Part shown: piece after piece, positions 57,318 to 64,000 of the stretch
Layout of the letters: every line of letters begins with the position of its first letter
Position numbering within the stretch: the stretch's first letter is position 1
Source of the DNA: Longimicrobiales bacterium
GTDB lineage: Bacteria; Gemmatimonadota; Gemmatimonadetes; Longimicrobiales; Gaopeijiaceae
Direction: 5' to 3'
Length of the DNA stretch: 64,000 nt
Assembly: GCA_041690395.1 (NCBI GenBank)
Contig: JAWLHJ010000004.1
Coordinates: 529,365 to 593,364, forward strand
Program-made: the position numbers and the translations under genes
The notes under the pieces: model-generated
Told to the model about the DNA's origin: nothing
Database searches by the model: none
What the model saw: only the letters and a program-made list of their open reading frames with translations

Positions 57318-58850
57318 ATGGGACCCAGGTTTCGCGGCCAATCTGGCGATCGCCCGGACGCTACTTCGAGGATGGCCGCTACTACGAGGAGGAGGAGGAT
57401 GGGGAGGATGATGACGACGATGGCGAGTGACGCGCGCCTGACCCGCCTCGACCGGGTCGCCGAGCTATACGCCGGAATCACCGCTGCCACGCGGGTCTTC
57501 CTGGCGGCACTCGCCGAGTGCGACCGGCTCGGTGACTGGTCCGAGGAAGGGTTCACGTCATGCGCCGAGTGGCTCAGTTGGCGCCTCGGGATCACCCGGA
57601 ACACCGCCAACGAGAAGGTCCGCGTCGCCCATGCCCTCGAGCGGCTACCCGAGATCGCCGGCGCCATGGAGCGGGGCGAGCTCTCGTTCAGCAAGGTCCG
57701 GGCGCTCACGCGCGTGGCCACGCCCGACAACGAGCGCGAGCTGCTGCCGTATGCCCTCTCGGTGTCGGCGGCCGGGCTCGAGCGCTTCGTCCGGAGCTGG
57801 CGGGAGATCGATGGGGAGGATCCCTCCGCTCGGGAACGGAGACTCCATGCGCGCCGGACATTCTCGGTGTTTCCGGGCGAGGACGGGCTGTACGTCCTTC
57901 GCGGTCGGCTCACCCCGGAGGTCGCCGCCGTGCTGATGCGGGCGGTCGAAGCGGCCAGCGACGCGTTGTACCGCGAGGCCCGCCCAGTCCGCGAGCTCGA
58001 CCCGAACGCCCGGTTCGACCTCGACGACGAAGCAGACCGCCGCGCCGCCGCGCAGCGCCGTGCCGACGCGCTCGGGCTGATCGCGGAGCGCGCGCTGGCG
58101 GCCGGATTCGGGGACGACCGCGCGCCGGTGAGCGGGTCCAGGGCCGAGCGGTATCAGGTCGTGCTGCATGTGGGGGCGGACGGCGACGCGAAGCCCCGCG
58201 GCGCGGCGCCCCTCGACGACGGCGCGGCGCCCCTCGACCGCGGCGCGATCCTCGACGACGGCACGTCAGTTACCGCGGTAACTGCTCGGAGGCTCGCCTG
58301 TGACGCCGCACGGGTCGACGTGACACACGCCGCGGACGGCCAGGTCCTGGACGTCGGGCGCCGCACCCGCACGGTCCCCCCTTCGATCCGACGCGCACTC
58401 GAGGCCCGTGATGGCGGATGCCGCTTCCCCGGTTGCGGATCGCGCTTCACCGACGCCCATCACGTCGTGCACTGGGCGGAGGGCGGAGAAACGAGTCTGG
58501 GGAACCTCGTTCTACTCTGTCGAAGGCATCATCGGAGCGTGCACGAGGGAGGTGTCACGGTCGCCATCGACCGTCACCAGCGCATCGTGTTCTTCACTCC
58601 GGATGGGCGGGCGATGGCGGCGTGCGGAACGATGAAGGCCCGCGCGAGGGGGACGGCAGAAGCGAGGGGGATGGCAGAAGTGAGGGGGAAGGCAGAAGCG
58701 GGCGGGACGGCAGAGGCGAGAGTGGCCGCAGGGACGGGAGCGACCGGAGGGGACTGGCACACCTCACGCCCCTACAAGAGCGACGCGCTCGTTCCCTGGC
58801 GACTCGAGGCAGCCGCGTGGGAGGCCCTCGACCCGCCGGACGCGGCGTAA
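57318..58850 (+). CDS. DUF222 domain protein with C-terminal HNH endonuclease
   Basis: SCAEWLSWRLG..EKVRVAHALERLP..GELSFSKVRALTRVA (DUF222); RRALEARDGGCRFPGC..DAHHVVHWAEGGETSLGNLVLLCRRHH (HNH); start uncertain (57318-57420). Confidence 0.9.
   Translation: MGPRFRGQSGDRPDATSRMAATTRRRRMGRMMTTMASDARLTRLDRVAELYAGITAATRVFLAALAECDRLGDWSEEGFTSCAEWLSWRLGITRNTANEKVRVAHALERLPEIAGAMERGELSFSKVRALTRVATPDNERELLPYALSVSAAGLERFVRSWREIDGEDPSARERRLHARRTFSVFPGEDGLYVLRGRLTPEVAAVLMRAVEAASDALYREARPVRELDPNARFDLDDEADRRAAAQRRADALGLIAERALAAGFGDDRAPVSGSRAERYQVVLHVGADGDAKPRGAAPLDDGAAPLDRGAILDDGTSVTAVTARRLACDAARVDVTHAADGQVLDVGRRTRTVPPSIRRALEARDGGCRFPGCGSRFTDAHHVVHWAEGGETSLGNLVLLCRRHHRSVHEGGVTVAIDRHQRIVFFTPDGRAMAACGTMKARARGTAEARGMAEVRGKAEAGGTAEARVAAGTGATGGDWHTSRPYKSDALVPWRLEAAAWEALDPPDAA
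58644..58733 (+). repeat. 18-bp degenerate tandem repeat (ARGTAE-like x5) in the HNH gene tail
   Basis: GCGAGGGGGACGGCAGAA-like units at 58644, 58662, 58680, 58698 and 58716. Confidence 0.8.
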
Positions 58851-58860
58851 GCCGGGCGTA

Positions 58861-58926
58861 GCCGCGGCGCGAGCGGGGCGTGGCCGCGGCGCGAACGGGG
58901 CGTGGCCGCAGCGCGAACGGGGCGCA
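58861..58926. repeat. 22-bp tandem repeat x3 downstream of the HNH gene
   Basis: GCCGCGGCGCGARCGGGGCGTG-like units at 58861, 58883 and 58905. Confidence 0.85.
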
Positions 58927-58934
58927 GTCGCGCC

Positions 58935-60047
58935 CTATCCGTAGAACGCCCGCACCACCTCGCACACCCTCGCGACCCGCTCCTCCCCGAGCTCGGGGAA
59001 GATCGGCAGCGAGAGCACCTCCCCGCACAACGTCTCGGTGACGGGCAGGTCCCCGGCCCGGCCGCCGAGCGACGCGAAACACTCCTGGAGGTGGAGCGGC
59101 TCGGGATAGTAGACGCCACTGCCGACCCCGCGGTCCGTCAGGTACCGGCGCAGCTCGTCGCGCCGGCGCACGCGGATGGTGAATTGGTTGTAGACATGCC
59201 TGGAGCCCGGCCCGCCGTCCCCCGGGAGCAGGACCTCCGCCACGTCCTCCAGCCCCTCCCGATACAGGTCCGCGTTCCGCGCCCGCGCCTCAGCCCACCC
59301 GTCCAGATGCCGCAGCTTGACCCGCAGCACGGCGGCCTGGAGCGCGTCGAGCCGCGAGTTGGTGCCCACCAACTCGTGATGGTACATCTGCCGGCCCCCG
59401 TGCACGCGGAGCTTGCCGACCCGCTCGGCCAGAGCGGCGTCGTTCGTCGTGACCAGCCCGCCATCCCCGAAGCCCCCGAGGTTCTTCGTCGGGAAGAAGC
59501 TGAACGCCCCCGCGTCGCCGACCGAGCCCGCCGCGCCCTCGGGCCCGCTGGCGCCGATCGCCTGGGCCGCGTCCTCGAGCACGAACACCCCGCGCGTCGT
59601 CGCCAACTCCATGATGTCACCCATGGGCGCCGTCCGCCCGAACAGATGCACGGGCACGACCGCCACCGTCCGCTCCGACCAGACCGCCTCGAGCGTGGCC
59701 GCGCTCACGTTGAACGTCTCCGGATCGACGTCGCAGAAGACCGGCCGCAGCCCCGCGTTCCACACCGCGCCCGCGGTCGCGAAGAAGGTGAACGACGGCA
59801 CGATCACCTCCGAGCCCGGCTCCGCGTCGATCGCCTGAAGGGGGAGAAGCAGCGCATCCGTCCCGGACGCCACCCCGACAGCGTGACGCACCCCGATGTA
59901 CCGCGCGATCTCTTCCTCGAACGCCTCCACCTCCGGACCGAGCACGAAGCCCTGACTCTCGACGACGCGCGCGACGGCGCGATCGAGCTCTTCACGAATC
60001 GATGCGTACTGAGCCTTCAAGTCGAGGAGCGGGATCTGCTGCGACAC
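58935..60047 (-). CDS. DegT/DnrJ/EryC1/StrS sugar aminotransferase
   Basis: IPLLDLKAQY, SGTDAL, EDAAQAIG, SFFPTKNLG..GDGG, NSRLD. Confidence 0.94.
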   Translation of the reverse strand: MSQQIPLLDLKAQYASIREELDRAVARVVESQGFVLGPEVEAFEEEIARYIGVRHAVGVASGTDALLLPLQAIDAEPGSEVIVPSFTFFATAGAVWNAGLRPVFCDVDPETFNVSAATLEAVWSERTVAVVPVHLFGRTAPMGDIMELATTRGVFVLEDAAQAIGASGPEGAAGSVGDAGAFSFFPTKNLGGFGDGGLVTTNDAALAERVGKLRVHGGRQMYHHELVGTNSRLDALQAAVLRVKLRHLDGWAEARARNADLYREGLEDVAEVLLPGDGGPGSRHVYNQFTIRVRRRDELRRYLTDRGVGSGVYYPEPLHLQECFASLGGRAGDLPVTETLCGEVLSLPIFPELGEERVARVCEVVRAFYG

Positions 60048-60200
60048 GTCGGAATCCAATCTGCGGTGAACGATGAGCTCGGCGAATGCCTGTCCGGGAC
60101 GGCCCGATATCCAAACGGGCCCCGTCACTCCAAAGGTACCGGACCCGCCCATCGCGGCCTACCTTGGAGCACCCTCCCTTCCCCCCAGACCCCGCGCTCC

Positions 60201-61712
60201 ATGACGCCTCCATCGTCCGTCATCCCCGTCCTCATGTGTGGCGGATCGGGGACCCGCCTCTGGCCCCTCTCGCGGGCATCCGCGCCTAAGCAGTTCGTGC
60301 CGCTCACCGGAGACCGCAGCCTCCTGCGTGAAACGTGCGCCCGGGTCGCGCCCCATGCCGGTTCCCGCTGGATCGCCGTCACGAATGTCGATCACCGCTT
60401 CCTGGTCGCCGAACAGCTACGCGCCGAAGGGCTCGAGCAGTCCGCCATCCTCCTCGAACCCGTCGCCAGGAACACCGCCCCCGCCATCGCCGTCGCCGCG
60501 CTCGAAGCGCTCGCCAAGGGGCCCGGAACCGCTGGGGAAGTGGATTCCGATGCGGATCCGATCCTCCTCGTTCTTCCCTCGGATCACGTCATACGCAACC
60601 GGGAGGCCTTCGGTGACGCCCTCTCCCAGGCCGTGACGGAGGCCGCGAGCGGCGCCCTCGTCACCTTCGGCGTCGTCCCCACCGGCCCGTCGACCGGCTA
60701 CGGCTACATCCGGGCAGGTGACGCGGAGAAGGGTGACGCGGAGAAGGGTGGCGCGGCCGGCGCGGGCGGCACCGCGGCCGCCTCCACCGCCCGCCCCGTC
60801 GCCGAGTTCGTCGAGAAGCCCGACGCCGACACCGCCGCCCGCTACGTCGCATCCGGCGACTACTTCTGGAACAGCGGGATGTTCGTCTTCCGCGCGAGCC
60901 GGTACCTGGCCGAGCTCGAGCGCCACCGGCCCGACATGCTCGCCCTCTGCCGGAAGGCGTTCGACGCCCGCCGCGCCGAGTCCGACTTCGTCAGGCTCGC
61001 CGACGAGCCTTTCGGCGCCATCGAGCCCGAGTCCATCGACTACGCCGTCATGGAGCATACCGACGCCGCCGTCGTCGTGCCCCTCGACGCCGACTGGAAC
61101 GACGTCGGCAGCTGGGACGCGCTCTGGGACATCGCCGACAAGGACGCCGACGGCAACGCCACCGCCGGCGACGTCCTCACCGCCGACACCTCCGGGTCCT
61201 ATCTCCGGAGCGATGGCCGGCGACTCCTCGCCGCGGTCGGCCTCCGGGACATCGTCGTGGTCGACACCCCCGACGCCGTGCTCGTCGCGCCTCGCGCCCG
61301 CGCGCAAGAGGTCAAGGCGATCGTCGAGCAGCTGAAGGCCGCCGACCGGGAGGAGGCCCAGCTCCCCGCCCGTGTCCTCCGCCCCTGGGGCGACTACGAG
61401 AGCCTCGACGTCGGGAAGATGTACCAGGTCAAGCGGATCACCGTGAAGCCCGGCGCCAAGCTCTCGATCCAGAAGCACCGGCACCGCGCCGAGCACTGGA
61501 CCGTCGTCGAGGGAACCGCACGGGTGCTGCGGGACGACGAGACCTTCGATCTCGAGGAGAACGAGTCGTGCTTCCTGCCGCTAGGTTGCGTGCACCGACT
61601 CGAGAACCCCGGCACCGAGCCGATGATTCTCATCGAGGTGCAGTACGGCGACTACCTCGGCGAGGACGACATCATCCGGTTCGAGGACGAGTATGGGCGG
61701 GTGGAGAAGTAG
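60201..61712 (+). CDS. manC: Mannose-1-phosphate guanylyltransferase / mannose-6-phosphate isomerase
   Basis: GGSGTRLWPLSR..PKQF, EPVARNTAPA, FVEKPD, WNSGMF, RPWG, cupin C-terminus. Confidence 0.95.
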   Translation: MTPPSSVIPVLMCGGSGTRLWPLSRASAPKQFVPLTGDRSLLRETCARVAPHAGSRWIAVTNVDHRFLVAEQLRAEGLEQSAILLEPVARNTAPAIAVAALEALAKGPGTAGEVDSDADPILLVLPSDHVIRNREAFGDALSQAVTEAASGALVTFGVVPTGPSTGYGYIRAGDAEKGDAEKGGAAGAGGTAAASTARPVAEFVEKPDADTAARYVASGDYFWNSGMFVFRASRYLAELERHRPDMLALCRKAFDARRAESDFVRLADEPFGAIEPESIDYAVMEHTDAAVVVPLDADWNDVGSWDALWDIADKDADGNATAGDVLTADTSGSYLRSDGRRLLAAVGLRDIVVVDTPDAVLVAPRARAQEVKAIVEQLKAADREEAQLPARVLRPWGDYESLDVGKMYQVKRITVKPGAKLSIQKHRHRAEHWTVVEGTARVLRDDETFDLEENESCFLPLGCVHRLENPGTEPMILIEVQYGDYLGEDDIIRFEDEYGRVEK

Positions 61713-61733
61713 GGCGCGGAGGGCCCACCCCCC

Positions 61734-63770
<2,037 letters not shown>

Positions 63771-63923
63771 GGGAGCGTTTGCCGGGGGTTGGTGCGGAAA
63801 CCGAGATGGAGGCCGATCGGGCCATGTCGCCGGCCCGGGGGCCGCGCGAGGATCCTCATGATTCCCGTATGGAGACCGTAAGTTCCTATCCTTCCCGGCC
63901 CAGGAGGTATTACATTGTATGAC

Positions 63924-64000
63924 ATGAAGACCTCGACCCTGACGATTCGACTGGATCCAGAGATGGAGGCGCAGCTCGACCGGGCGGCTGAGCGGGCGGG
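63924..64000 (+). CDS. Ribbon-helix-helix (CopG-like) protein, probable antitoxin, partial
   Basis: [27 protein letters not shown]-rich TACA-T-TGTA palindrome just upstream. Confidence 0.7.
   Translation, partial: MKTSTLTIRLDPEMEAQLDRAAERA

Noticed and set aside
58902..60200. Apparent N-terminal extension of manC
   Set aside because: Antisense to the DegT gene; ManC homology begins at about 60201

Overview
High-GC (about 70% by eye) bacterial core-genome region, most consistent with Gemmatimonadota (inferred from gene content and synteny). Almost all genes are on the minus strand and are housekeeping: mutS2 (partial), yqeY, HIT, prmA-dnaJ-hrcA-hemW-dprA-obgE, asparaginase II, S41 protease, tmk, ino1, YlbF-like, prmC-prfA-rpmE, lnt, rimO-lolA-ftsK, comB-accC-accB-efp-aroQ, surA/ppiD, tatA/tatC, polyprenyl synthase, formiminotransferase, lptD, nrdR, a complete tol-pal cluster, LysM, radC, rimI-tsaB-tsaE, nadD, bamD, nucleotide-sugar genes, uvrB and the start of an RHH gene. 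I saw no rRNA, tRNA, CRISPR array or transposase. The most unusual items are: (1) a DUF222-HNH gene inserted in a glycan cluster that carries an internal 18-bp perfect palindrome (CAGTTACCGCGGTAACTG) whose 16-bp core recurs 22 kb away over a promoter; (2) a structured orphan intergenic element upstream of rpmE with two TCGTTCGA-N3-TCGAACGA palindromes; (3) SgmX-like, TPR and TsaP-like genes hinting at a myxobacterial-type pilus/polarity system; (4) a putative sigma54/IHF-driven FN3 lipoprotein with a compositionally distinct C-terminal half. All calls are by eye and start codons are best estimates.
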